A stretch of DNA of 64,000 bases from Amoeboaphelidium protococcarum X5 (GCA_023515725.1 JALDTO010000213.1:124001-188000); one strand, 5' to 3'. Numbered from the stretch's first letter, positions 1-15,993 are shown. Notes: a model not told the origin generated them from the sequence alone. Program-made: numbers and translations.

Positions 1-1
1 A

Positions 2-439
2 GAGGTGAGTGGTCATTACAAAATCTCCGCCTACTCTCCAAAGTCTGCTAATGCTGTCACGCACGCCTCTGATGCTAGCAGTAACGGTGACATTAATAGC
101 AATACTACTAACCATATTCATAGCGATTTAGTAAAAGAGGCAAGATCATCATACGTGACAGAGTTGAAGTAGGTGGCGTGGAATTAGCGTTACAAATTGA
201 TATTCGCCGGCTGGGCTGGTACTATGGGTGCAGTTGCGTACAGAGATTTCTAGAATAAGGCTCTTTCTACAGTGCACAAGTTTGGACATGCTCGTATTGC
301 TGCTCAGTTCGTGACGATTGCCGCGGTTATTGCAGCTTTTGCGTTTAATGAAGAGACTGGCCCGTTTGCTCAGAAATACCAGCCTGGCTATGACCGCGAC
401 GCACCTCATGGTGAAGTTAAGTCTGCTCCTCCTCAATGA
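2..439 (+). CDS. RCF2: HIG1-domain respiratory supercomplex factor (Rcf2-like), 3' part; 5' end outside window
   Basis: With TAG=Q: KQVAWNQRYKLIFAGWAGTMGAVAYRDFQNKALSTVHKFGHARIAAQFVTIAAVIAAF, matching the Rcf2 C-terminal HIG1 domain; ends TGA at 437-439. Confidence 0.75.
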
Positions 440-542
440 TCTTGTGGTACTTGGAGATGAGCGAATTTGCACTTGGATGAATGTTTTGAAATAGAAGATT
501 AACAATTACTTTTTTTATAAATATGGGCCTTGTATATAGATT

Positions 543-2519
543 TCATTTATCCTTTTTGGTCTCCACTACAACAGATTTATCATCTTCCTATGCCTAATCT
601 GTCGAGCCATTAGCAACTAATAACTGCTCTTTATCTTTATTATCAGACTTTTCATCATCCGCACCTACTTGACCAAATTCATTAGGACGCTTCTAGTCCA
701 CAGGATAGATCCATCTCTGGTACAAATACACCAGAAATATCAAATCATCTCTAAAGCACGCCAGTCGATGCAGTGTAGGCATCTTGATCACGAATGCGAA
801 CAGATCATCCACAAATGTATTCAAAGCCTTATACATGAACGTTTTCCACGGCATATGTGCAACAGATTTCAATTTATAATTAATGAACAGTTGAGGAGTC
901 ATTCCAATAAAGCCGAAGGTGTATACAAATCCCACAGCTGTACCTACAACAAAACTGTACCAACTCTTGTGCTTTTCATACATCACGCTGTACACGGTGT
1001 ATCCTAACAATAGAGGTATACAAGCCAGCGAGAGCCATTTGAAAGCAACTCTGTCATACTCTTCAGTGTCTGTTTACAGCTTACTTCTCAACTTTTCATT
1101 TTCGTCCTAATTGTCTTCACCACCACCACCATTCTATCCAGCAGTGCTCTAAGACTTGAAAGTTATCGTAAAAGGAAGCAAGCCATAGAATGATCTGTGG
1201 TTGCGATCAATGACAAATTTCACTGCTCTGCCCACTTTCCACATTTCAATCAGCAGCGATACTCCGGATGAAGCAATAATGAGATAACTAGTTTCATTAT
1301 CCAACAGGTAGAGGAAAACAATGGTCTACATGAGGACATTTAACATGATGGTGCGCACAGACAACCCTTCGACATTTTTACGCTCTCTCCAGAATTGTAC
1401 ATCATTCTTAAAGGCCAGAAAATCGAATACAGAATGTAATATACTAACTACGAAAGTGATCACTAGCAAGTAAATGTTGGTCTCATACAGCATACGCTTA
1501 ATGTTATCCGATTCTTGATCTGATGTACCCCATGATTTTTACAACTTGAAGGATTGATCCATCTGGACCATCATCTAAAACTTCCACATGGACAGATGCG
1601 CTAGATCTATGGATAGAGTGAGACTGTCCCCAGATGAGTTAATGGGCCGATCATACAGATCCTCCTGCAGAATCCAGAAATCATTCACATATAATGTCGG
1701 CAGATACTAAGATCTTTTCTAATCAACAAACTGAGTATGATGAACTATATGAGGCATCTGAGCCAGCTAAGCTAGTGGAATCGGACTAACATCATTAATA
1801 AGATTCAGCGTCAAGTTCCTTAACCAATAAGATACGTAGACTCCATCTTCAATATCTCCTGCATCGCCCCGTGCCGTATTAGTATTATCCTCATTAAACA
1901 GATCAGAAGAGTCGGAGCTGGCAAGTAAATTCTTCACTTATTTAATCTTCTTCTTGCGCATAAACCGCGTCAGTAATACTCGCTTGTACACAGACTTTTA
2001 CTCCTCTACTGATCCTTGGTTGTCCTACTACATCAGAATGTGAGCATAGAGAGAACCATTGCGTGACTTTACATTATCAGACACTGGAATCTGTAGATCT
2101 TGATGACGTTAATCTTCCCAATCTCCAAATTTGAATTTATGTTCATCAAATACCAGGCGGACATTATCCTGGGCAGCATATGGCTGGAATTACCAGTTCT
2201 CTGACACGAACACTTTGACCGACAACTAATCTCCAAGAGACCACGCACAAGAGCTAAGTGAAGGTCCATCAGGGGAGGTACCTTGCTAAATTCCGCCGCT
2301 ACTACTGCTACTATCAGTACCAGGATTAGCAACCATCTTCTTCACATAGCTCACAATCCAAAAGATCAATACCATACGTGACACTGTGGTGAGTATCTTT
2401 TCAATAGTGGATTATTCACGTCGCGGCTATTACTACTATTACTGTAGCAGCTACTACCTAACATTGCGCTAGTGTTATTAAATGGCAGCGACATCTTGTT
2501 ATAATTATGGGTCAGCCAT
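543..2519 (-). CDS. CLPTM1: CLPTM1/CLPTM1L family membrane protein (lipid scramblase family)
   Basis: One frame from ATG 2519 to TGA 543 with TAR=Q; hallmark MTPQLFINYKLKSVAHMPWKTFMYKALNTFVDDLFAFVIKMPTLHRLACFRDD...QRWIYPVD. Confidence 0.93.
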
Positions 2520-2632
2520 CTTACACCTGATCAACCGAGTTTAACTTACTTATTGAACAGGCAATGTTGATTCCAAGGTGGTAATAATTCAAGCAGACGA
2601 TGGGACAGAGAGGAGAAAGATAAAGCGGCGAT

Positions 2633-2658
2633 GAACGAACGAACGAACGAGCGAGAGA
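2633..2658. repeat. (GAAC)n/GAGC short tandem repeat upstream of CLPTM1
   Basis: gaacgaacgaacgaacgagcgagaga read directly. Confidence 0.7.
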
Positions 2659-2846
2659 CCGGATTGAGACAGTTGTTCTCTCTGTTCGTGTTCAAGGCTA
2701 AAATACCAAGTATCAACTAGTATGACTTGCCGGAACAGTTATTAAGAACGGGTATAATCCGAAAATTAATATTGAAAAATATCATGAAGAAATTTTACAG
2801 TAATAAAAATTTAAAACACGTTAATTATTATCATACAAAAGAGTGA

Positions 2847-3701
2847 TCATTGAGGCTTCTTCTTGACAATGCCCAGAGCTTGTCGCATCTTGGTCTTGTC
2901 TCGATTACTATTATTATTTAGAAGAGTAGCTATGGAGGCGCTGCTTTTAGCTGTCTATGACGTCTTGTTAGTGCGCGTAGACAAAAGTGACACGGTATCA
3001 AACTGACTTTACCGCGAATAACCATACAGCGAATCTTCGTGTACTTTCATCTTTTATTTGCCTTTGAATGCCAATCTAGCTCTCTCCTCATCTTCGCGCT
3101 ATTCATCTAATAGTTATTATGTGGTGGCATCATTATCTCTCCGGGCATCGTCATTATCAGCAATATCAAATCGTACGCGTTTGGCTGCCTGATCCACATC
3201 TACAGCTTCAAGGGCATCCTACCGCGATTTTAATGCATCCAGTCCCTCCAAGATCTCAATCTCTCGTCGAGCGTCGACAGTTTTATTTTCCAACTTCTTC
3301 AATGGATCCAATTCCTCTTCCCGCTACCGTTTCTCTAAAATCTAATTCTCCTCCTGCGCATTACGTCGCCACTGCTCCACATTCCTCGTTGCACCAGATT
3401 CTATAACATAATCAGTATTCTTCGGATCAGTCTTGTACGAGATGTCGCCGTGGCATCCAGGACATTTTATGGTTAATCGATGAATCTGGATTCCCAGATA
3501 CTTTTCGCCGTGTGGTTTATCTTTCACCGCATTAAATTTGGTGCCTTTATAGATGTATTCACCACAATTCTCGCATCGCATACTGAATGGAGCCATAACT
3601 CTAGCCTTTATCTTGGCCTAATTCTTGGATTTAAAGAATTCAATCTTTTCCGCATTAAATGTAGGTGGTATATACTTGTTTATTACTTTTCGCTCAGCCA
3701 T
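2847..3701 (-). CDS. YJU2: Splicing factor Yju2/Cwc16 (CCDC94)
   Basis: [13 protein letters not shown]...[23 protein letters not shown]...IKCPGC...KTDPKNTDY; ends TGA at 2847. Confidence 0.93.
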
Positions 3702-3918
3702 ATTGTATTTATTTTTGTATACACCTTATTGGTACCGATAGTGATGAAATTTTCGGTATATCAACAAATTCCACTAGATAAGGAGGAGTGAAAGGTGAAT
3801 GAATGAAGATCGCTTTAGCAATTACAGGCGAGAAAAGAGAAGAGAGTGAAACTTCGTCATTTTCTCGATCGAAAAGTGTTCAAAAGAGAGAATATATAAT
3901 ATCAAGTTGAGATAAAAA

Positions 3919-4986
3919 ATGTTGGCAAAGTAATTATTTTCAGTGAGTCGTTATTAGTAATATGGTATGGCTGCGAAAGCTGTAGTTGAGAGTGCGGTTA
4001 AAGCGGATAAGTAGCTGGTGATGAGACTCCGTCATTAATTTGAAGGCCTATCAATGATGAAGATTAAAGAAGCTCTAGAGCTGTCGGATAATAACTACGA
4101 TAATGCGGTCAAGTATATTCAGTAAAGCCATGCAGGAATTAATTAAAAGAAGATGGAGCGATAGTTGAATGATGGCCTGGTTGCTATTGTGAGTCGACGC
4201 GGTATTGGCACGTCCATCTTTAATCTGAGGTGCGAGACTGATTTTGTTGCTTAGACAGATCTATTTAAGGAGTTGGCGGTGAACGTTGCATCTACCGCAT
4301 TGCTTTATCATGGCTCAAATGTTTTAATGTCCGCATCTTCCTCTAGTTCACTTGGCTCATCTCATCTACCTGCTAGTAAATACACACACGATGATGATCG
4401 GGTGATGAGCAAGTTGATGGAGTCTCCGATGGTGAATTTGAAAGGTGAAAATGGTGGCCAACTGTCAAATTAATTGAGCAACGTCTCAGTCTAGTAATCC
4501 GTTTTGGATGGTATTAGTAAACTGGGTGAGAATATCAGAGTATAGTCAGGATTTGTTGTACCTTCTCCGCCAGCTGTGTCGCAGCTAGATTCAGTCTGGG
4601 AACATGTGGGATTTGCAGTTCATTAAGCAGCTGTCAGACCCGATTAAGTGTCCTTAGATGATTCTATGGAAGTATTGCTAGGTAAAAGTGGATGCATATT
4701 CCAGTTGGAAGGCTCAAAGTGCCAGAAACCGAGCGCTGAAGTCTTGAGTCAAGTGTCACAAAAGCTGTGCAATCATATCATTGGTATGAGGCCGACCAAG
4801 ATCTCTGGTTATGGCGATGACGCGTTATATCATCAGCAGTTTATATTTGGCTCTGAAGGTGAAACTGTATCCCAATATTTGCAATCTCTTATACCATCAG
4901 ATTAGGCTAAAGATGCTTGTATTGAAGTTAAACAATTCTGCCTGGTCAACAATGGATCTGATCCCGTCTTTGCTTAATTTAAGTGA
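3919..4986 (+). CDS. TSFM: Mitochondrial translation elongation factor Ts
   Basis: Presequence-like N-terminus, UBA-like LVMRLRHQFEGLSMMKIKEALE, signature LRCETDFVA, later KLGENI and KLCNHIIGMRP; ends TGA. Confidence 0.88.
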
Positions 4987-5143
4987 ACCATTATAGTAGA
5001 GTAAATTTGTTGGCTTTAATAGTATTATTTTCCATACTTTTTAATCTCTTTCTCAACCAAAAACGGCAATTATCGACGATCACTCATAACTACTCAATAA
5101 TTCGCCAGCATCCCTTTTAACTTTGCGACGAAAACGAGACAAA

Positions 5144-5811
5144 ATGGGGAAATAGAAAAAGACTAAAGCTGTTGGATTAAAAAGGATAATATCCAAGAAA
5201 GACTCTCGATTGTAAGCTTCATCATTGAATGAGAGTATTTTACTGATCTATATATCAATAACCACGATCTTCATGTATAATGTAGAAAAGAGAATTAGCA
5301 AAAGAAAGACCAGTAGAGGGAAAAGAGTGAATCTGAACTGGTGAAGAATGTCCCATAGATGGCATCATCTCTATTTTTTAAATACAACAAATCCCTGGGT
5401 CCTCCATATCACGTATTTATAGATACTAATTTTATAAATTTCTCGATTCAGAACAAGATTGATTTGGTCAAAGGGATGATGGATTGTCTACTGGCTAAAT
5501 GCATACCGTGCATCACTGATTGCGTGGTGGCTGAATTGCAGAAACTAGGTCCCAAGTACCGGATTGCTCTCAAGATTGCCCTCAGCACTGAAGGCGTGGA
5601 AAGGTTCCCTTGCATGCACAAAGGCACATACGCGGATGATTGCATTGTATCACGCGTAACGGCTCATCCGTGCTTTCTCGTGGCCACATGCGATAAACAG
5701 TTGAAGCAGAGAATCCGCAAAATTCCCGGCGTGCCCATCATGTACATCAAATCGCGTAAATATGTCGTTGAAAGACTGCCTGAAGCATACGGACTGAGTA
5801 ATAAAGATTGA
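5144..5811 (+). CDS. FCF1: rRNA-processing PIN nuclease Fcf1/Utp24; intron 5212-5285
   Basis: MGKQKKTK...|...[24 protein letters not shown]...HKGTYADDC...[19 protein letters not shown]; GTAAGC...TGTAG intron. Confidence 0.95.
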
Positions 5812-6275
5812 TCTAGTAGTAGCATTGAATAATCAGTCGAATATCGATTAGTACTTCCTATATCTGTGCAACACGCAATATCAATCAGAAGAATCCTCAA
5901 GTTACCATTTTGATCGTGGTGTTCGAATATCACACGCTCTGATTGGCCGCGACTGAAATTAGCGTCGTTTCTGAGCCTTCTGATCGCGTACAATTACCGT
6001 TGCTGTTACACTCACGCGTCTTCACCTTTTCCACTCTGAACAACAATTGCTATACAGACACAGCCAGACCGCAGTCTCTCTGATAAACACGCGCCTGTTC
6101 TTTCCATCTTCTTTGTGGATTAATACTAATAGTAGTAATTGTGTTTAATATCTGCGTATTGTGTAATCCGACTGACTCATTTTTGATAATTAGGAGTCCG
6201 TTTGTATATCAGTGACAAAATTGTTTTGAATAGTAATAATAATAATAGTAGTAGTAATTGTAAAAGTAATAAAGA

Positions 6276-8930
<2,655 letters not shown>

Positions 8931-9087
8931 TTTATTGACTGACTCGGAGTCTTACCTACCTTTATACGTGAATTTATTTATTAATAATAAAGTGTAATCA
9001 TTAAATCTGCATCATCTTGTATCTGATCCTTCTCTTCTAGATGAACTTTTTTTCGTTATTCAGCAGCGACCGCTTGAAAGAGTAAAA

Positions 9088-9612
9088 ATGGCCACACCGA
9101 CGATGGTAAAACTGCTGCCGAAGCAGGCAGAGAAGGACGCGTAGGAGATTACATGGGAAGATTAGAGTAAAATCAATTAGTTTGCTAAGCTTAATATGCG
9201 AAGAACAGAGAAGAAGCTGGCACTTGGCGACGACAATTCTGGACTTTTATATGAGCTACAGGCCACTAAAGACGCTCTTGAGACTGTCGAGGAGATGGTC
9301 CTACTCGAAGATGTAGATGAAGATCTCACTGATTTGGACATTCAGGATGATGATGAGGTAGATAATAATAAGGATAGCTTCGGCTAAAAGAATTTTAATA
9401 AATAGCACATCATCCCTGTGCAGATTGGAGGTTCTTTTTATGATATGGAGTATTAACGCGCGCAAGAATTTCTAGAGCGCAGATCCTCAGCTCTTTAGGA
9501 GCAGATTGATTAGATTAATAGTCAATTGGAAGAAATTGAAGGCCAAATGAACCTATTAAAGTCTGAACTATACGCCAAGTTGGGACAGACTATTAATTTA
9601 GAGTTTGAATGA
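9088..9612 (+). CDS. GIM3: Prefoldin subunit 4
   Basis: EITWEDQSKINQFAKLN...IPVQIGGSFY...LKSELYAKLGQTINLE; carries an acidic insertion. Confidence 0.9.
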
Positions 9613-9768
9613 AGCACTTTGACTAATTTTATAATGTTATATTATACGGATTGCACTTTCTTCTTTTACATCCTGCACTCGAATTTGCTATTTTACAAGG
9701 CAGATTTCTTCACTTCTTTGATTCAATCAAGTAATATTGGTCGTATTTTAGTTTATCCGCTGACTAAA

Positions 9769-9960
9769 ATGGTGCAAGATAATAAGTTAAAATCGCGTAA
9801 TATCTGGCAGTCATTCTAGAATCTACCTCCGCTGTAGAGATTGGGTGTCACGCTGAGCTTCACCACCACTGGAATTGTGGGAATGTATTTCATTGATGAT
9901 AGCCGGCCCAAAGATTAAGGATTTCTGTAATGGTTCAAGCACATGGCTTTAAGTTGGTGA
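9769..9960 (+). CDS. 63-aa single-pass membrane microprotein
   Basis: AAAATG context; MVQDNKLKSRNIWQSFQNLPPLQRLGVTLSFTTTGIVGMYFIDDSRPKDQGFLQWFKHMALSW*; AATAAA shortly downstream. Confidence 0.55.
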
Positions 9961-10030
9961 TTTTGTAATAAAAATCTAGTTTGATGAATGATCAATTTAT
10001 TTTAAACACGTCACGCTTCAGATATCACCA

Positions 10031-10360
10031 TCAGCCAGTTCCGTCTGACCATGTATTGCTATTAGTCTCTTGACGATTATCAGAAGATTCGTCGCGCCAA
10101 CTCTTGGACGATGGTGGGCGGATATTCAGCTCATTCTCCCTATTCTTACTCTCTGCTGGATAAGAAGAAGGTTTCTTTTAGTCTTTGGGAGTCGATTGAC
10201 TGATATCTGAAATGTGCTCTTCTGCTTTTTGTCTCTGCGACTTGGCTCCATACAATCTCACAACAACACGTTACTGCAATCGACCTTGTGTCTGTTGTAA
10301 CTATAAAGATCGTCTCACACCGTCACTTAACAGTTTTAAAACTTTTATTTAATGCTACAT
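10031..10360 (-). CDS. Hypothetical 109-aa protein with mitochondrial presequence-like N-terminus
   Basis: MQHQIKVLKLLSDGVRRSLQLQQTQGRLQQRVVVRLYGAKSQ...WSDGTG*; open only with TAR=Q. Confidence 0.45.
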
Positions 10361-11087
10361 GATTCAATTTTCAATTGTAAGACCAGTGCATCTATCTACA
10401 TACAACGGGTGTAATGATAAAAGAGAATGCTATCGTAGACGAGTCAACAACATCACAAATCGTGTGAATCACATCAAGGGCATTATTGACTGTCGATTGA
10501 GCGTAACAACTGCTTTTTACGTCATTCGAAACGTTATTAAAGTCAAGATCCGTACTAAGATGAGGACAAAAGTTTCTAAAATCCTATCACTCCTAATTGC
10601 AACTCATATATTGATATGGGAAATTGTCTCAGATCTCAATCAATAGTGTAGTGAGACAGTGAGCGACTTAGGCAGTTCCATCGATTCCACTCTTCGGCGA
10701 AATGTTGGGCCTGCTATGAACAGCTGATGAGCCATCATCGGCAATTGACGCCACCTGTTTCATAAACACTATGCGCGCGCTCTCTCTGTCTGGCAGGTCG
10801 TGTGCTCTCACGGGAGAAACACGGATAATACGCCATGTGCTTTGTGAGAAATCATTCGCATTGTTTGACGATTGTAGAATAGCTTATCCCAGTATTAGTC
10901 ATATAATAAAAGGCATAAAGTTTGTTTACACGTTGCAACATACTAAAGATTGATAATAGAGTCAACCTTAGAGGTAACTTTCTTGTGCGAATTTTTTTGC
11001 CTGACTTTCCTGTCAATCGCTTATCCGAGTTGTTATACAGAACGCCAATCGCTCATCGCTTTTTCTGTTTTCGGTCTAGGCTCTGCA

Positions 11088-11746
11088 ATGGACAGCGGAA
11101 AACTCCCGCCCATAGCGGCAACAACAACAGCAGCAATAGCAACAACTACAGCTGATGATGCTGCTGCTGCAGAGAGAAAAATTACTTTACCCGGAGTCGA
11201 TGATATATGTCCTGCCAATGATAGCGATGGTCGAAAAGTGTTGATCGATGCTCGGATAAATAGTAATTAGCTTCAGCGCGGCGGTCAAAGTTTGTCAAGG
11301 GATGACGCTAGCTCGGGGCGGGCGATGAGTAATAACTATACAAGCCAATCTGCTATGACTAAGTGGACATCGGGATATGGCACATACACTATTTACAATG
11401 CTTAGGAAGGTGCTTCTATTGGATCGCAAGTGAGTTCTGGCTTTCAGAGCCATCAGCATCATCACCATCAATAACAACAACAACAACAATAGTAGTAGTA
11501 ATAGTGGTAGTATGGCGGAAGCTTCAGCGGTATGTCAGGATATTTGCCTTCATAATCTTAGCCAAGAGGATAGTCATGGCCATTGGGTGCGAGTGGTGCA
11601 TCTAACAGCGAAAGTGGACTCAGCCAGCGAAGTGGGCTCTCTGATCCTACTAATGGTAATACCGCTGGTGGAAGTATAAGATCCTCTGGCCAGTTCAACA
11701 GTAACACGAGTAGCGGTGGTAGTGCGAAGAGTTTAAGTCAGGTGCC

Positions 11747-11797
<51 letters not shown>

Positions 11798-12884
11798 ATA
11801 GTAGTAACTAGGCTTTATTGTATATCCTAATCCTGGTAATCAGCCTGTTTAGCATTCTCACTAGCAGCTGCATCGTCCTCATCCTATACAACACGGTTAT
11901 GTTCCTGCTGCTCGTGCACCACTGTAGAATTCACAGCATCATCCTCACCACCACCATCATCAACATCAGTATTCGCAGTAATAGTAGCACCATTAGTATT
12001 AGCAGCAGATGTTTACCAAGTCGCAGTCTCCACTTGATCATGGTGCTAATGCTGGTGAACCAACATAAATTAACAGTGCTTAAATGGGTAGATCTTAGTT
12101 ACACATGGAGCGATAGCAGCACTAGTAATAATAACAACATTCTAGATATCAAGATTCGACGTCGCTTTCATCCATGTTGTCCAACAGGAGGACTCGGGAG
12201 AATCTACCAAAGCATGTGACGCAGGCTCTCAAGAGCTGGCTTTTCAACAATCAGTAGAATCCGTATCCGAAAGAGAGTTAGAAGCGGGATTTGTGCAAGT
12301 AGCTTGGCCTTACACCTACATAATTGAACAATTGGTTCATCAACGCCAGGAGAAGATATCTAAAGAAGAGTACTGCCGATTAATAGTCGTCATCACAGGA
12401 TCAAGGCTCGAGATCATCATATGAGACTATGCCCGAGGCTGATGCAAGCGCCTCTGATAGCTATAATGCTTCTCCTTCAGATGTGCTGTCACCACTGAAA
12501 GCGAGTCTGAATGATAACGGTGGTGCTGAGTTGGTTTATCCTAGTAGCGATGGTCAAGACACTGCTGCGGAAGATGAAAGTTCCGTGGAAGATACTGCCG
12601 GTTAAGTTGAATAGACTTCATCATCAGAGTCCGTGTCAGGTTCTGCATAGAATTCAATGACAGGAAATGAGTGGTAATAATAGCTGTAGCAATCGTAATA
12701 AAAGGTTCCATAGACTTAGTAGGGGGATTAGCGAGTCGCTGTAAAATAGTCGTAGGCCTAGGTAGAAAATGCTGGTACTACCGATAGCAATGAAGCACAC
12801 AATGAACGCCAGTCGCATTTAGATCTAATACTAGTGGCAGCCACATTATCTAATCAAATGCATAATTTTGATTAGCCTAACTGA
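11088..12884 (+). CDS. TALE-class homeodomain transcription factor with poly-Gln tracts
   Basis: Homeodomain at ~12183-12365: RRTRENLPKHVTQALKSWLFNNQQNPYPKESQKRDLCKQLGLTPTQLNNWFINARRRYLK (PYP loop, WFINARRR). Invisible in the standard-code ORF track. Confidence 0.92.
11748..11807 (+). repeat. (TAG)16-TAA-TAG-TAG-TAA trinucleotide repeat, in-frame poly-Gln20
   Basis: Counted directly; in frame with ATG 11088 and the homeodomain. Confidence 0.95.
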
Positions 12885-13026
12885 TTATAATTTGTATACA
12901 AAAGTAGAGTGAATAATTTAATGTATTCAATCTATTTAAATATAATCATTATAATTTTATCAATGTTTTAGTGATGCTTCTATACCTGTCAAGTATCTAA
13001 TCAAATCGATGCCTTTCAGTAATCAG

Positions 13027-14158
13027 TCAAGACATGCTGGACTGCCTGATAAATTTTAACACGTATAAGTACTCAATACCAGCCCTTCGCTCTATTAAAA
13101 TCTACTCACTGAATGACAAATACCATTATTGATAATTTTAATAGGCTTTAAAATAACTTGACGGCCATCTTACCGATCCTAAAAGATTATGCCTCCGACC
13201 AAGCGCGATCAAATCTTGTATATCATTCTGCTTAATCGCGAGCAAATAGAATACTCCGCCAACTTTCAAAAGAGTCTACATTTAATCTGAACAAACTTTA
13301 CAGCAACATCTAATGCATCAGAATATAAAGAAAGTAAATTACCTCAATCTAATGTGACTGAAATAATTGATCGATAAGTTCGCGGCCATTGACACCACCA
13401 GAGCAACTCCAGATGACTTCATTCTAATTGGATTTTTTGTTATGATCATCCTGCATACTCTGAATTTAACTACTGAGCACTTTCTCAACAGACACAACTT
13501 CTTCATGAGATGATACAACATATGGAGGATTCCAAATCATAACGTCCACTTCGCCTCTCAATCGCTGCACCAAACTACTTGCAAAGCAATCATTAATAAC
13601 GTTCAAGTCAATCTACCTAAATAATCGCCAAGTTTATCTATAGACGCACAATAAATTTACGGGTAAGCTCACCTTATTATTATATCCAGTTCTCAGAGTC
13701 GCGTCACATGCATGAATGTTTATATCAGTACATAGATAGACTAAATTATTAACGTAAGTAATTTTAGGGATATCCTTCGAGTATTGAACAACTTACCCGC
13801 TTAATTTGACTTGAGAATTTAAGCCATAAAAGTCGAGATTACACCACTGCCGGATCTACGCTATTATCAACGTAAATTATATCCATGTCATTATAAGGAC
13901 AGAGCGAACGAACAAATTTACCCAATTTCAATACATAATTAAGGATTAATCAACTTTAGCTATTCAAGATCAGCCTCTAACGCGTCGAGCATCAGAAAGG
14001 TGTCCTCTACAAAGGGTCTGGCAAGGTGATACAACACCGCGGTTATAAGCAAATGTTCTTATACTAAATTGAGCAATATTACCGGAAGGCTCATATACTC
14101 TTTCATAGTCATTTTTACTAAAATGTGAAAGATTAGGCGTTGGAAACTTCAAGTCCAT
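13027..14158 (-). CDS. MTQ2: eRF1 glutamine methyltransferase Mtq2/N6AMT1 (HemK2); about 6 introns
   Basis: PTPNLSHF..YERVYEPS|EDTFLMLDALE...IEIG|SGSGVIS...IWNPPYV...SGGVNGRELID...RRAGIEYLYVLKF. Confidence 0.92.
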
Positions 14159-14233
14159 TCTGTAAATGAAGATCAATTCAAGATCGAAGACATCAGTAGG
14201 TAAAGAAGATCAAAATATGTGATAGAAAAACAA

Positions 14234-15715
14234 TCACAATTTTGCACCAAATAGCTGGGCGACTTTAATCGCTTGTCTTATTCCCAAATCCAACATTACC
14301 TACACTGATGTGAAATGGTACTTATGAAAGATGATAATAAATACGCGCGCAGCAGTATAACAAATTTACCTCTTCAGTACCACCGCCGATAGCCCATACT
14401 CTGACATCGCGGTACAAACGCTCAACACGTTCACCTTTTCCGGAGCGAGTGTAAGAGAAGCCGCCAAAGATCTATGAAGATTCTCTGGCGCAAAACTCAA
14501 ACAGTTGAGTGGCTTGAGCCTTTAGCAGGGCCGTCGGTCCTCCCAGTCTCAGCAATTACTGCTCCTTGGGCATCGTCTTGATCTGCCATACCAAATCATT
14601 CAGCCATCCTTATGTGGCTTCAATCATCTTGGCCATATTGGACAATTTATATCTGACCACCTGATTGTCAATCAGCTTCTTCCCAAAAGCCTCACGCTAA
14701 CGAGCATGTTTGATAGCGTCATGGAAGCACTCTCTGGAGAAGCGGACGGCATGGATGATGCCAGACAAGCGCTCATGATTGAAATTGTACATAACATACT
14801 TGAACCCATTGTTCTCTTTGCCAATTAGATTCTCAACTGGAACTTTAACTTGATCAAAAATCACAAATGTCGTTCCACTACCCCAACCTCCCTGCATCTT
14901 CATCAAGCGCATACTGATACCTGGCATGTCGCGCTCTATCAATAGCAATGAGATACCACCCATACCTTAACCGCCGGTCCTTACAGCCACAGTGAAATAG
15001 TCTGCGAATATTCCATTAGTGATGTACTTCTTCTCTCCATCCACAATGTAATGCTTTCCATCGGCGGTCTTTTTAGCTGTACACTTGATTGCGCTCACCT
15101 ACACTCAACAGACGTAATGATTATTTTATAAAACTACTGTTAGGCTTACATCACTTCCAGCGCCAGGTTCAGTGACATTTAAACATATAACTTTGCGCCC
15201 ATCAACAACATCGCGCATTTTCTACTTCAATCGGTCAGAGCCAAAGTGCAGCACCGGCGGCAGTGCGATACCATATCCAGCAAGACCGAGCATGACACCT
15301 CCAGACGCACACCTGGCAATCTCATCCTAGACAACCATCTCATGAAATGCATCCCACTCATTAGGTAGTATACCACACGGCGGCTTGATATCAGTGTAAT
15401 TGATCGGCCACGGCTGAATGCCTAACATGCCAGGTAAGAGTTGAGCATCGGCCAGCTTCTTCAGCAGAGGTTTAACCCATTTAGAATCGTTCGCTTCACT
15501 CCAGTCCTGCACATCTGGCATAATGTGCTTCTCTACAAACTCTCTTGCGTACGCTCTCAATTTGCGGTGCGAGTCATTAAAGTAAGGGCTATTCCAATCA
15601 GGCTAGTACCACTACATAGTCCTAAAACTTGTATTATATGACATGCAATGCTTCAGTAAGAACGTACCGCTGGATCAGCAAAAGGAATTTAATCACCAAA
15701 TGCTTAGTCTGACAT
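14234..15715 (-). CDS. Acyl-CoA dehydrogenase with peroxisomal PTS1 (-AKL); 3 introns
   Basis: FGDQIPFADPA|WYQ..SPYFNDSH, VTEPGAGSD, GEKKYITNG, NFNHERL, YRDVRVWAIGGGTEE; C-terminus GAKL*. Confidence 0.92.
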
Positions 15716-15993
15716 AACTGGCTTAAAATAAACGGTGGCCGATGTATATTAAGCGACTTGAATTCTATTCAAACGATACAGTTAAAGAAGGTGTGATGTT
15801 AGAACAACTGTTACGTTTGAGAAGAGGGAACGGCCGCCAAGTCAACACGAAAATTATTCCCACGGTCCTTTTGGATCGAAAAGTCCTATGTATCCGTAAT
15901 TTATCTGAATGAGGTTTTGAAAAGATTAAATTTTGTAAAACTATATACTACTGATTCTCAATTAGAACTTTGTAAATTCAAAGCAACTAGTTT

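Noticed and set aside
5905-5940. GTTCGAAT resembling a tRNA T-loop
   Set aside because: No cloverleaf, D-arm or acceptor stem; no tRNA genes were recognised in the window.
11748-11807. TAG array as telomeric or CRISPR-like repeat
   Set aside because: Simple in-frame trinucleotide repeat within a CDS; no spacers or cas genes.
13027-14158. Link between the eRF1 methyltransferase gene and the code change
   Set aside because: Mtq2 is universal and modifies the GGQ motif, not stop-codon recognition; its presence here is coincidental.
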